A DNA stretch of 64,000 bases from Promethearchaeia archaeon (GCA_029856045.1 JAHQWG010000025.1:1-64000); one strand, 5' to 3'; shown: positions 9,734 to 20,016, numbered from the stretch's first letter. The notes: a model not told the origin generated them from the letters alone. Numbers and translations: made by a program.

Positions 9734-11167
9734 TTGAATATTATGAGTAACGAAGATAAGTCCAAAAAAAATGTAGCTACTCTTGACGTACCATCGCACT
9801 CACTAAAAGTTATGGCTTCTTTTTCGGTTGCTAGTTTAGGATTAGGAATCATTACATCTGCGATTGGAATGCAACTGTTATATTTCTATGAAGTTCTCTT
9901 GCAAATGCCAGCAGCATTATTCATCATAGGTAACGGAATTTATGTGATTTGGGATGCTATCGATGATCCTTTGCTAGGATATATGTCTGATCGCCCAAAG
10001 CGCTTTTGGGGAAAATGGGGTAAGCGATATCCTTGGGTAATGGTATCTTTTGCTCCAGTTTGTATAACCTTTGCCTTGCTTTATGGGCCTCCATTCAGTG
10101 ATGAAATGCTTTTACTTGCTTGGTTAATTGTTAACCTCTTTATATTTGATACTTTTCGATCGTTGTGGAACATTAATTTTAGTGCACTCTTATATGAAAA
10201 ATATATCACTGATGATGAACGGACTAAGATATCTGGATTTAACAACATTTTCCGGCAACTTGGTGGAGTTTTTGCTATGATAGTGCCTGGATTTTTGATT
10301 AATTATATGGATCCTAGCACTTTTTTAAATTATGGAATTTTTGTTTCAATATTATCTGCTATATGTGTGATCATAGCCATACCAGGAATGAAAGAAGATA
10401 AATGGATGAAAGAAAGAGCTGTTTTATTAGCTCAAAGTGGTGTGTATAGAGGATCAACTCTCGTCGATTTCTTTTCAACAATGAAAAGAGGATTTAAAAC
10501 ACGAAACTTCAGTGTGTTTTTAATAGTCGGTACATTATTTTTTCTTATGTCAATAATGCAACAAGCTTCAATACCTTATTATATTTCTTATATTTTAGTA
10601 TTGGGTGCTGAAGCTCAGCTTCTAATCTATATGCCATATCTCATTATTGTAATAGCAGTGACTCCATTCGCAGTAAAAATTGCTAAAAAAATTAATCCAG
10701 TAAAAATGTTTAAGTATTTATTATTTACTTATGGAATAGGGGCATTCCTACTGTTAATTCCAACGGATTTGATTAGTGCTATAATAGTACAATCCATAAT
10801 TGCATTTATATCTGGATTTACAATAATCGTCCTAACCCCTGTAATTGGGATGATGCTTGATGAGGCCACCTTATCCTTTAAAGCACATAAAGAAGGTATT
10901 CTACTCGGAATCTATATTTTTTTCCAGGCTTTAGCTGGATTCGCTAGTACTTTGATTATTTTGTTAGTTCATTCGCTTACAGGGTTTGATCCTACACTAG
11001 GTGCATCACAAACTGCTTTAGCTTTTTTCGGCCTCCGATTACAAATCGCAATTATCCCCGGGATTATAATGATGATAGCAGGGATAATTTTCATGTTTGG
11101 TTGGACACTTACAGATGAAAAAATGGTAGAAATTCGAGCAAAGTTGAAAGAGTTAAAACTTAGGTAG
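9734..11167 (+). CDS. MFS transporter, glycoside-pentoside-hexuronide (MelB/GPH) cation symporter family
   Basis: WDAIDDPLLGYMSDR...WGKRYPW; about 12 TM segments. Confidence 0.9.
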   Translation: MNIMSNEDKSKKNVATLDVPSHSLKVMASFSVASLGLGIITSAIGMQLLYFYEVLLQMPAALFIIGNGIYVIWDAIDDPLLGYMSDRPKRFWGKWGKRYPWVMVSFAPVCITFALLYGPPFSDEMLLLAWLIVNLFIFDTFRSLWNINFSALLYEKYITDDERTKISGFNNIFRQLGGVFAMIVPGFLINYMDPSTFLNYGIFVSILSAICVIIAIPGMKEDKWMKERAVLLAQSGVYRGSTLVDFFSTMKRGFKTRNFSVFLIVGTLFFLMSIMQQASIPYYISYILVLGAEAQLLIYMPYLIIVIAVTPFAVKIAKKINPVKMFKYLLFTYGIGAFLLLIPTDLISAIIVQSIIAFISGFTIIVLTPVIGMMLDEATLSFKAHKEGILLGIYIFFQALAGFASTLIILLVHSLTGFDPTLGASQTALAFFGLRLQIAIIPGIIMMIAGIIFMFGWTLTDEKMVEIRAKLKELKLR

Positions 11168-11195
11168 GTATTAATCTCAATAATTAATTTATTAC

Positions 11196-11208
11196 TTTTT
11201 TTTTTTTT
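11196..11208 (+). terminator. Oligo-T terminator candidate between convergent genes
   Basis: T13 run after the MFS stop codon. Confidence 0.45.
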
Positions 11209-11240
11209 ATTTTAATTCTAAAATATTTTTTTTAATGATT

Positions 11241-12485
11241 CTATAAGTCAAAATGCTTATTAATGTCATTTTCATAGAAGGAGGTTTTCCCTTTCTCAAT
11301 ATCATCAACCAATACCGAACGATCTAAATATGAGGATTCAATAATGGCATAAGCAATAGCTAAATCTTTTAATCCTTCTTTCCCACTGATTTCCATTTCA
11401 TTCCCTTCAAGAATGGCATTTAAAAAATCTAAAGTCTCCAATGCTGCTGCGTCAGTTAGACCGTAAGGAAAAAATTTGTCTTTTATTCCTTGGGATGCAT
11501 TTTCATCAAATAATTGATTAACACTTGTTTTTGTTCCATCATCTAAATTGACAATATTCGATTTTATTGACCCTTTAGTCCCATATATAGTGGGAAACAT
11601 CATTATTGGCGGACCATGTAAAGCCCATGAATATGATATTTGACCTAGAGCTCCACTTTTGAATTTTAAAATAGCCAAGAAGGTATCATCAACTTCACTT
11701 TTAATTCTTTGAATAATTTTTCCTGTCTTATCGCGATTTACCCTAGTATCTTCAAAAATTCTAACAATTCCTTGAACAGATTCAACCTCTCCACAATAAC
11801 TTCTCAGAAGACTGAGGAAATGTACACCCATGTCTAATGTTACTCCACCTCCAGCCTGTAGTTTTAAATGACGCCAAGGGGTTTCTGCAACAATCTTATC
11901 GGGAGACCACCAACCTCCTAATCCGGCTTGAAATACTAACTGAATGTTACCAATACATCCTTGGTCAATTACCCACTTGGTTTTTCTCATTCCGGGTATG
12001 AAATGTATGCCTTCGCCTACACCTAATACTTTTTTAGCCTTTTCTGCCGCTTCTACCATTTTCCGTGCTGCTTTCACAGTAATAGCTATTGGTTTTTCCA
12101 CCATAACATGCTTATCTTCATATAAACTATCAATTGTGATAAAATGATGAGTATCAACGCTAGTATAGATATCCACGGCATCAATATCGGCTTCTTTAAG
12201 CATATTTTTATAATTATCATAAAGTTCAATATCAATGTCACTTTTTTGAAAATCTGAAACATATATGTGAGGTGCATGAAGTGGATCTCCTGGAGGACCA
12301 ACCGGGTCTTTTGGTTGTGACCCCTCACTACGCTTCCTAAATCTTAAAGCATTTTCAATATGCTTATCACATAATGCTCTAATCTCTACTTCAAAGCCCT
12401 TTTCCATTAATGCTTTGTATCCATGTAAATGGATAGGCATGATTCTACCGCACCCTACCAATCCTACTTTAATTTTTTTTGACAT
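11241..12485 (-). CDS. Gfo/Idh/MocA family NAD(P)-dependent oxidoreductase
   Basis: VGLVGCGRI, KHVMVEKP, GGG..LDMGVH. Confidence 0.9.
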   Translation of the reverse strand: MSKKIKVGLVGCGRIMPIHLHGYKALMEKGFEVEIRALCDKHIENALRFRKRSEGSQPKDPVGPPGDPLHAPHIYVSDFQKSDIDIELYDNYKNMLKEADIDAVDIYTSVDTHHFITIDSLYEDKHVMVEKPIAITVKAARKMVEAAEKAKKVLGVGEGIHFIPGMRKTKWVIDQGCIGNIQLVFQAGLGGWWSPDKIVAETPWRHLKLQAGGGVTLDMGVHFLSLLRSYCGEVESVQGIVRIFEDTRVNRDKTGKIIQRIKSEVDDTFLAILKFKSGALGQISYSWALHGPPIMMFPTIYGTKGSIKSNIVNLDDGTKTSVNQLFDENASQGIKDKFFPYGLTDAAALETLDFLNAILEGNEMEISGKEGLKDLAIAYAIIESSYLDRSVLVDDIEKGKTSFYENDINKHFDL

Positions 12486-12538
12486 TTTCTCCTACTTTTG
12501 GATTATTATTATTATGGTCTAATAAATATGCAAGCTTC

Positions 12539-13447
12539 CTACATCATTTTTTCCAAAAATTCATGAGTCCACTTTATGTCATTTATTCTTTGCTCTGTGG
12601 TTGCCATTTCTCTTTCAATTATTAGGGGGCCATTATAACCAATTTCATTTAGTTTTTGAATGAACTGCTTGGCTCCAACTTGACCCTTTCCAAATGGAAC
12701 TTCTTTGACCATGTGAGGTTTTCTTTCCCTTGCTTCAACTTCTGGAAAAAGCCCATCTTTACAATGAACTCCTTCTATGTAATCCTTGAGTAATTCCAAG
12801 GATGCGATAAGATCTATTTCAATGCCATTCATCCAACCATAATATAGAAGATTAGCTGGATCAAAATTAATTTTTAAATTCTTTGCTCCAACATCTTCAA
12901 TAAAACGTACTAAAGTTTCAGGGGTTTCTTGACCTGTTTCACATAACCAAGATTGATTATTTTTATCAAGAAATTCTGTTATTTTTTGCATGGCATCAAC
13001 TAGTCCTTTATATATAATTCTATGATAAAGATCAGATGTGTTTTCAGGTATATAACCAACATGTTGAGCAAGTTTATCAACTCCTAAATCTTTAGCGAAA
13101 TCCGATGTCATAAAGACATGCTTTATTCTCTCTTCACGGTAAATAGGATTAATTAATCCAATTGTTTCTTTTTTTACATAGTTAGTTCCTTTCCAGTGTA
13201 CAAATATAGCAGATATTTTAATTCCAGTTTCTTTTAATTTTTTAATTAATTTCTCCTTTTTTTCATCTATAAAATGTTCAATTGGAGGAGAACCAAGGTG
13301 CATAGTTTTAAATCCTAAAGAATCAACCCATTCAATTGCTTCTAAAGCATCCTTCCCCTCCCAGGTCATAACACCAATATCAAAAGCTCCCATCTTAAGT
13401 GTCGCAACCAAATATGAGAATGTTATGTTATTATTTTCAAATTTCAT
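12539..13447 (-). CDS. Xylose-isomerase-like TIM barrel (sugar phosphate isomerase/epimerase family)
   Basis: ETGQE, NFDPAN, HCKD, G.G.V, LIIERE metal-ligand pattern. Confidence 0.88.
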   Translation of the reverse strand: MKFENNNITFSYLVATLKMGAFDIGVMTWEGKDALEAIEWVDSLGFKTMHLGSPPIEHFIDEKKEKLIKKLKETGIKISAIFVHWKGTNYVKKETIGLINPIYREERIKHVFMTSDFAKDLGVDKLAQHVGYIPENTSDLYHRIIYKGLVDAMQKITEFLDKNNQSWLCETGQETPETLVRFIEDVGAKNLKINFDPANLLYYGWMNGIEIDLIASLELLKDYIEGVHCKDGLFPEVEARERKPHMVKEVPFGKGQVGAKQFIQKLNEIGYNGPLIIEREMATTEQRINDIKWTHEFLEKMM

Positions 13448-13525
13448 TTACCAATTGCTATTGAAATCTTACTATACTTGATACTTATTTGACTATTTTA
13501 CTAAAGATTTGTATTAACATCATAA

Positions 13526-14344
13526 TTAAATTAAACTCCTCACTATAGCTAACAAATTCCTTATACCTTCTCTTTGATCATATTTACCCATAGGTGGAAG
13601 TTCTAAAGAATAAAAACCGTCAAAACCCGTTTTTTTCACAATATCCATGAACGGTTTCAAGAATTTTTCACCTACTTCATTTGGTACTGTTTTTGCATGT
13701 ATAATGCTTGCATATTTACTCATTTTTCTTATACCCTCTTCTCTTATTTCAGCAGGAAATAATATGGCATTTCCTAGATCAGGTAACGTTTTCATAATAT
13801 CTGGACCTACCTCCTCGATAATCTTAATAATATTATCAGGATTTGTGGTCATACCAGGACCGTGATTTTCTATGAGTAGTTTCACACCAATTTCCCTTGC
13901 AATAACTGCGAGTTCTTTATAACCATAAATGGCTCTTTGAAGAGCATCTTCAGTCGAATCAATCTTAGCCCTAGGTAAAGGAGAATCTGGATTTACTCTT
14001 ATGGATGGTGATCCTAAATATTTGGCAATCGAAAACCATCTTTTAATTATTTCAAATTCCTCCTTCCTTTTCTCTGGATTTGGTTCTGAAGTTGTCCCAA
14101 TGTCAACACATATATTAGTAACATTTACATTTGAATCCTTTAAAGATTCTTTCATTTTTTCAATAAAATCCATTTCTACTGATGGAAATTGCATTTGGCA
14201 AAGCTCAATATTGTTTAATCCTATTTCCTCAACACAGATCTTGGGAAACTCAAGGATTGTGATCTTATCACCCCCGTATTGAGGAAAAAGATAATTTGGC
14301 AACTCACGAGAAAGGCTAAAAGAATTTACACATATTTTCTCCAC
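13526..14344 (-). CDS. Xylose-isomerase-like TIM barrel (sugar phosphate isomerase/epimerase family)
   Basis: IENHG, PDLGN, IHAK, GFYSLE. Confidence 0.88.
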   Translation of the reverse strand: MEKICVNSFSLSRELPNYLFPQYGGDKITILEFPKICVEEIGLNNIELCQMQFPSVEMDFIEKMKESLKDSNVNVTNICVDIGTTSEPNPEKRKEEFEIIKRWFSIAKYLGSPSIRVNPDSPLPRAKIDSTEDALQRAIYGYKELAVIAREIGVKLLIENHGPGMTTNPDNIIKIIEEVGPDIMKTLPDLGNAILFPAEIREEGIRKMSKYASIIHAKTVPNEVGEKFLKPFMDIVKKTGFDGFYSLELPPMGKYDQREGIRNLLAIVRSLI

Positions 14345-14486
14345 TTTAAAATCACTCTTAAATTTTTTAATATAATAATTATATTTTTTCTGAAAAAGTT
14401 TTATTAGATGCTTTTTAATGAAAATTATTTTTTATTAGAGATACTCACAGATAGGAAAAATATTACGTGGCAAATTTATAATAATT

Positions 14487-14510
14487 ATTTAGTAACAATT
14501 GTGAATAATC
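14487..14510. promoter_or_regulatory. Operator copy 3 (ATTTAGTAACAATTGTGAATAATC), between divergent units, with TATA-like boxes on both sides
   Basis: Plus side AA+TTTTTATAA; minus side AA+TTATTATAA. Confidence 0.78.
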
Positions 14511-14616
14511 AATTTTTATAAGTAATATTTCTAAATAATTTTTATAAATCAATATCAATTTTATAACCTAAGTTTTAAAACTTATAATAATTATTTAAGA
14601 GGAGGTTGAGAATTAA

Positions 14617-15729
14617 TTGACCAGAATTGTTAAATTAGCACAAGTTGGGTGTGGAAGTATAGCTCAGAGAATGATAATGAATAGGCTAAAAGCTCCCAGT
14701 GTTAAAGAAAAGGTTGAATTGATAGCTACTATGGATGTAGTTTCTGAAAGAGCTAAAGCTTGTATGGAAAAGTTTGGGGCGAAAGAATGGTATGACGATT
14801 ATGATAAGATGTTATTAAATGCAGATATCGATGCTGTAACTATTGCTACACCAATAGGATTGCATTATGAACAAGTGATTAAAGCAATATATGCAGAAAA
14901 GCATGTTCATTGTCATAAAACTATTACTACTAATGCTAGAGAAGCTACTGATATAATTGAAGTTGCTAAACAAAAAAATATTAAAGTTGTCGCTTCTCCT
15001 GGAACAAGCGTTATGAGTCCTATAGTTACCAAGATAAAACAGGTTTTAGAAAAGGGCACCATAGGAAAGGTTTATTGGGCTCAATTGGGAAGGCAATGGG
15101 AAGGGCATGAATATGAACCTTTCAGGAAATTTGGTAATATTTTAACCGATGTAGATCCTTCATGGTATTATAAAAAAGGTGGTGGACCTATGTATGATAT
15201 GGGTGTGTATGAACTTACCGAGCTCACGGCAATTTTTGGTCCTGCTAAAAAAGTATCAGCCATGTCAGGTATAGGCCTTAGAGAAAGGAAAATTAAAGAT
15301 AAAGCGATAGATGTAGAAATGGATGATAATACAATGCTTCTTCTTGATTTTGGTAATTCAATGTTCGCTTATATATTTGCAACTTTTTCAGCACTGGCGG
15401 ATGAGGGTCCTGTACCTCCCTTCAGTATTTCTGGAAGTGAAGGAGGAATGAGACTAGGTAAATTCAAGAGTGAGAGATATAAATCAATATTGGATATATG
15501 GAGTCCTTCTTTACCCGAAAAACATGAACAGGAAATTATTTCAGGTTACAGGGAAGATGCATTCTTCGATGTTATGCATCTTGTTGATTGCGTAAAAAAT
15601 GATGAAAAACCGATTGTAATGGATAATATTGAGAGCATGCAAATTGCCAGACATGTAATAGAGATTATTGAGAAAGGTTACATTGCTGCTAAGACAGGAA
15701 AAACACAAGAATTAGAAACAACTTTCTAG
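14617..15729 (+). CDS. Gfo/Idh/MocA family oxidoreductase
   Basis: VGCGSIA, DAVTIATP..LH, KHV.CHK, GGGPMYDMGVY; GGAGG upstream of the TTG start. Confidence 0.88.
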   Translation: MTRIVKLAQVGCGSIAQRMIMNRLKAPSVKEKVELIATMDVVSERAKACMEKFGAKEWYDDYDKMLLNADIDAVTIATPIGLHYEQVIKAIYAEKHVHCHKTITTNAREATDIIEVAKQKNIKVVASPGTSVMSPIVTKIKQVLEKGTIGKVYWAQLGRQWEGHEYEPFRKFGNILTDVDPSWYYKKGGGPMYDMGVYELTELTAIFGPAKKVSAMSGIGLRERKIKDKAIDVEMDDNTMLLLDFGNSMFAYIFATFSALADEGPVPPFSISGSEGGMRLGKFKSERYKSILDIWSPSLPEKHEQEIISGYREDAFFDVMHLVDCVKNDEKPIVMDNIESMQIARHVIEIIEKGYIAAKTGKTQELETTF

Positions 15730-15772
15730 TAGAAATATTACTGATAATTCTCAAATGGTAAAGTACAAATTA

Positions 15773-15796
15773 AGTCATAAATATTTGTGACTGAAT
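15773..15796. promoter_or_regulatory. Operator copy 4 (AGTCATAAATATTTGTGACTGAAT), then AA and TTTTTATAA
   Basis: Same family and spacing; upstream of 15842. Confidence 0.75.
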
Positions 15797-15841
15797 AATT
15801 TTTATAAATCCAATAGCAATTATATAACATAGGTTTTCGCA

Positions 15842-16654
15842 ATGAAATTAGGATTAAGAGTTAATGCTTTTGATTTAGGAATTTGGTTAGATAAGAATGC
15901 AATGCCACCTAAAGATGTATGGGAACCGTCCGTAAAAAGAGCAGCTGATCTTGGGTTTGATGGTGTTGAATTATGTGTGTGGTTTCCACTTTCAGAATGG
16001 TTAAATGAAGAAGATATAACTAAAATGATAGAAACTGCTAAAAAACATAATATTGAAATTGCTACTATATCTGCTGATTGGTGTCACAGTTATAGTGCTT
16101 ACCACACAAGCTTGAGTGATTGGTTAAGATGTGGCAACGGAATTGAATTATTTAAAGGTGAAATAAAATTAGCAGCGAAACTCGGAGCAAAATCAATGTT
16201 ATGGCATTTGGGTAGAGCTAAGGGTACGATGGAAGAACTTAAAAAGATTTTTTATTATTTTGCAGAAGAGGCAGAAAAACAAAAAGTCAAAATTGGCATA
16301 GAAAGCAGTTTTTGGCCAATTATTGGCCTTGGTGATCAATATATTCTAAAAGAATTATTAGATGAGATTAATAGTGAATATTTTGGAGTATATATTCATG
16401 GTGGTCGAAAAGCTGTTGAAATAATGGAAAAAAGAAGCGTGGGATTTCATTTTTATGTAATGCCTGGATTTCCCACACTTGAAGAGAAATATGATTATAA
16501 AGCATTGTTTGATACGTTTAAAAAATATTATGATTATTATATCGTTTTTGAACCCATTTCTCATTATACAAAACCTTACTCTGAATACTTATCCGATAAA
16601 TCTTTGGAAAAAGCTAAAATAGATTTTGATAGAATATTCACTAAATATCGGTAG
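15842..16654 (+). CDS. Divergent xylose-isomerase-like TIM barrel protein
   Basis: AADLGFDGVEL, AAKLGAK, KIGIE, FE near the C-terminus. Confidence 0.78.
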   Translation: MKLGLRVNAFDLGIWLDKNAMPPKDVWEPSVKRAADLGFDGVELCVWFPLSEWLNEEDITKMIETAKKHNIEIATISADWCHSYSAYHTSLSDWLRCGNGIELFKGEIKLAAKLGAKSMLWHLGRAKGTMEELKKIFYYFAEEAEKQKVKIGIESSFWPIIGLGDQYILKELLDEINSEYFGVYIHGGRKAVEIMEKRSVGFHFYVMPGFPTLEEKYDYKALFDTFKKYYDYYIVFEPISHYTKPYSEYLSDKSLEKAKIDFDRIFTKYR

Positions 16655-16687
16655 AAATATAAATATAAAAAAAAAAAGTAATCTTTT

Positions 16688-16951
16688 ATGAGTGAGATTG
16701 ATAAGATAGTCAAAATATTCGACGAAAGCATTGAAGAGGTGCAACCATTTCACGAAGAAGGTGCTGATTATATAAGAAAATTCCAAGAAGTCATAAAAGA
16801 TTTAGATGCTGAAGGTAATAAGGAAAAAGCTAAAGAATTATTTCATATAATTTTTGATCCCATGGTTGAATATGAAAGTTATGTTCCCACATCTGTAGCA
16901 CATTTTAAAAAGATTAAAGAAATTCTTATAAATAAGGGAATTGAATTATAA
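16688..16951 (+). CDS. Small acidic helical protein of unknown function, paralog A
   Basis: 39/82 ungapped identities with 20062..20310, including EYExYVPTSVAHF. Confidence 0.8.
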   Translation: MSEIDKIVKIFDESIEEVQPFHEEGADYIRKFQEVIKDLDAEGNKEKAKELFHIIFDPMVEYESYVPTSVAHFKKIKEILINKGIEL

Positions 16952-16989
16952 CCTAACTATTTTTTTTCTTTTTTTTAAAAGTATTAAAC

Positions 16990-17520
16990 ATGAAAGTTTT
17001 AAATTCAAATAATAGAACTCATGCAAAATCTACAATCTGGCCGCTTGTTTTTAATTGGATTAATGAATGTTTTGAATCTTCAAGCTTAATTTTAGATTTA
17101 GGTTCTGGAACTCACATCTGGTATATGGATAAATCAAGAATGATCCGAATTGATCATTTCAAACAAAAAATTGAAACTAATCATGAAAGTTTTATCCTTA
17201 ATGACTTAAATCGTGGGATTCCCTTAAATAATAAAACAGTTGATTATGCTGTGGCAGTTGAGGTCATAGAGCATTTAGAGAATCCACTTTTCTTTTTACA
17301 GGAAATTAGACGAGTCGTTAGGAAGAAAGCAATTATAACATGCCCAGATGGAATTGAAAGCGGGTGGTATACTCCTTGGACTTATACTTTCTTTGGTCAT
17401 ATTTCCATTCTTTCAAGTTGGTTATTAGAAAATCATTTTAGACGTGTGAAACTAGAAGTTTTAAAAAAAATGCATGATTCTGAAAAGAAAGAGATTGTCC
17501 TATATATGATAAAGATATAA
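16990..17520 (+). CDS. Class I SAM-dependent methyltransferase
   Basis: ILDLGSG, D....EVIEHLENP...L.EI.RV. Confidence 0.82.
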   Translation: MKVLNSNNRTHAKSTIWPLVFNWINECFESSSLILDLGSGTHIWYMDKSRMIRIDHFKQKIETNHESFILNDLNRGIPLNNKTVDYAVAVEVIEHLENPLFFLQEIRRVVRKKAIITCPDGIESGWYTPWTYTFFGHISILSSWLLENHFRRVKLEVLKKMHDSEKKEIVLYMIKI

Positions 17521-17522
17521 AT

Positions 17523-17546
17523 TATGAGTAACAATTGTGACTGAAT
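17523..17546. promoter_or_regulatory. Operator copy 5 (TATGAGTAACAATTGTGACTGAAT), then AA and TTCTTATAA
   Basis: Same family and spacing; upstream of 17629. Confidence 0.8.
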
Positions 17547-17628
17547 AATTCTTATAAATTAGCACATCTAAGTATATTTTACTAAATAATATCTTTATGG
17601 TTAAAAAATTAAGTGAAGGAAAAAAGAC

Positions 17629-18396
17629 ATGGAAAAAAAAGAAAAGTTACACGTTGTTTTTATCGGGGCTCATCCTGATGATGAAGGATTTTGTTCTGGT
17701 ACTCTTGCTAAGTACGCAAAAAAAGGACACAAAGTAACTATAGTATCTGCAACAAAAGGAGGTAGAGGACATTATGAAATTCCAACTGAAAAATTAAGAG
17801 AAATTAGAATGAATGAATTACAAAACGTTGCAAGAATATTAGGTACTGAAGTGATGTTTTTAGATTATGTTGATGCCGACATCCCTCCTCCAAGTGATAT
17901 GAAAGATGATTTTGTGAATTTATTACGGAAGTTAAGACCCAATATCGTAATTACATGGCATCCCTATACTGATAGAGATGATCATAGAAATATTGGGCAA
18001 GTTGTATATGATGCTTGTTTCAAATCAAGTCTCCCTCTTATAATGACGGATGATTCCTTTATCCCCCTCCCTAGAATTTATTTTATTGGTGAACCTGTGT
18101 ATCCTTCAGAGCCAGACGTTTATGTGGATATTACTAGCGTGATTAATATTAAAATTGAAGCTGTCAAAGAACATAAGAGCCAACTTGAAGAATGGATACC
18201 ATGGTCTTATGAGATGGGAACTGGAGGGAAAATCAAGCCAAACTTAGATCAAATAATAAAATATTTTGTTAAGGAACGAGGACGTAAATTTGGAATTGCT
18301 TCAGGTGTAAAATATGCAGAGGAATTCAGGATAATTGGGGCAGGAATGCCTAAAATAAAAGCTAAACAATTGCTACCTTATACAATTACTTTCTGA
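17629..18396 (+). CDS. PIG-L/LmbE family N-acetylated sugar deacetylase
   Basis: GAHPDDE, G.LAKY...G..V, T.G, R..E, DH, YVDIT, K.EA...HKSQ, YAEEF. Confidence 0.9.
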   Translation: MEKKEKLHVVFIGAHPDDEGFCSGTLAKYAKKGHKVTIVSATKGGRGHYEIPTEKLREIRMNELQNVARILGTEVMFLDYVDADIPPPSDMKDDFVNLLRKLRPNIVITWHPYTDRDDHRNIGQVVYDACFKSSLPLIMTDDSFIPLPRIYFIGEPVYPSEPDVYVDITSVINIKIEAVKEHKSQLEEWIPWSYEMGTGGKIKPNLDQIIKYFVKERGRKFGIASGVKYAEEFRIIGAGMPKIKAKQLLPYTITF

Positions 18397-18600
18397 ATTT
18401 ACTTCAATTCATTATTTTTTTATTTGAATAATTTATTTATCTTTTTGGAAAAGGTTTTATCATGGGAGGGGATTAAACATTCATTAATTATTAAACCTTA
18501 TACAAATAAAAAAATTTTATAAATTCATGAATATTTCAATAGAATTTCTTATTATTTTTAAACAAATTTCCTTAAATTAATTGTCAACTTAGAAGAGAAG

Positions 18601-19863
18601 ATGAAGAATTATAAAATACGAGACGATTTATGGGAAAGAATTCGTAGTAAGATGGATGAGATAAAAATTGTAGACACTCACGAACATTTAGGTCGTGCAT
18701 TTCCAATATTTACTATAAGCAAAAAATACAACATGAATTTGATAACATTTTTAGCACATTCTTATCTTTATGGCGATTTAATTTCTTCAGGAATGAAAAT
18801 GATTCCTCCAGAAAAAATGAGTTGGCAACAACTCAAGCCATTTCTAGAAAACGTGAAAAATTCAATCTATTTCAGATATTTACTGAGAGCATTAAAGGAT
18901 TTTTATGGACTTAAGGAAGATAATATAAATGATAATAATTGGAAAGCAATATCTTATCTAATCAGTAAAAAAACTGAAAACCATATTCAATGGTCCTTGG
19001 AAGTGCTTGATTTAATGAATATTCACCGCATGATTCTTGATATAAGTAAGGGATGTATAGTGAATACTGAAATGATTAATGACGACCGACTAGTTCAAGT
19101 TGTAAAAATGGATGATTTTATCATGGGGGGGTTAAATATTGTTAAAAAATTTACTAATAACTCGGTAGATAAGCTTGACGATTATTTGGAAGTACTTGAT
19201 ATGGCTTTCGAAATAGCAAAAATGAATAAAGTAATAGGAGTTAAATGTGCAATAGGATATAATAGAATCATCAGCTTTGATTCTATAGAGAAATCTGAAG
19301 CTCAAAAAATCTTTAGTAATGGTATTAGAAATGTAAGTTTAGCAGATAGAAAAAAATTCCAAGATTATATGATGCATATTGTTTGTGAAAGATCCATTAA
19401 ACATGATCTTCCTATCCAAGTTCATACAGGATTGCAAGCAGGAAATTTTAATGATATAACAAATGCTAAACCTACACATCTAACTAATTTATTTAAAAAG
19501 TATAAAAAAGCACGTTTTGTTTTATTCCATGGAAGTTATCCTTACATACAAGAAGCTGGAGTTTTAGCAAAATACTTTCCCAATGTATATCTTGATGCGT
19601 GCTGGTTATCTCATATCTCTCCATCATCATATAGACGTGGATTGGATGAATGGCTCGACATTGTACCATCTAATAAAATTTTTGCCTGGGGTGGTGATCA
19701 TGAAATAATAGAACATAGCTACGCTTCATTGATGCTTGCGAAAGATCTTATTACTGATGTCCTAGTTAATAAAATAATATCGGGAGATTCCAGTGAAAAA
19801 ATCGCGATTTCGCTAATGGAGAAAATTCTTCATGGAAATTCCATTAACTTTTATGGTCTATAA
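18601..19863 (+). CDS. Amidohydrolase-fold metalloenzyme (glucuronate isomerase-like)
   Basis: IVDTHEH, K (carbamate position), QVHTG, LFHG.YP, PNVYLD, WGGD. Confidence 0.82.
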   Translation: MKNYKIRDDLWERIRSKMDEIKIVDTHEHLGRAFPIFTISKKYNMNLITFLAHSYLYGDLISSGMKMIPPEKMSWQQLKPFLENVKNSIYFRYLLRALKDFYGLKEDNINDNNWKAISYLISKKTENHIQWSLEVLDLMNIHRMILDISKGCIVNTEMINDDRLVQVVKMDDFIMGGLNIVKKFTNNSVDKLDDYLEVLDMAFEIAKMNKVIGVKCAIGYNRIISFDSIEKSEAQKIFSNGIRNVSLADRKKFQDYMMHIVCERSIKHDLPIQVHTGLQAGNFNDITNAKPTHLTNLFKKYKKARFVLFHGSYPYIQEAGVLAKYFPNVYLDACWLSHISPSSYRRGLDEWLDIVPSNKIFAWGGDHEIIEHSYASLMLAKDLITDVLVNKIISGDSSEKIAISLMEKILHGNSINFYGL

Positions 19864-19992
19864 ATCTCTATTTTTACAAATTATCAATTATACTTAAAAA
19901 AATTAAATTTTAGATTATATAATTTAAGTGTTAATTGATGATCCCAAGGGACTAAATTCAATTGTTCTTAAGTAATAAGAAATGCGTTTTGT

Positions 19993-20016
19993 AGTCAGTA
20001 ACATTTGTGAATGAAT
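19993..20016. promoter_or_regulatory. Operator copy 6 (AGTCAGTAACATTTGTGAATGAAT), then AG and CTTTTTTAAA
   Basis: Same family and spacing; upstream of 20062. Confidence 0.8.

Noticed and set aside
8322-20016. The 24-bp repeats as a CRISPR array or integron-like recombination sites
   Set aside because: The copies are kilobases apart, always fixed relative to TATA boxes, and no cas or integrase gene is present; an operator fits better
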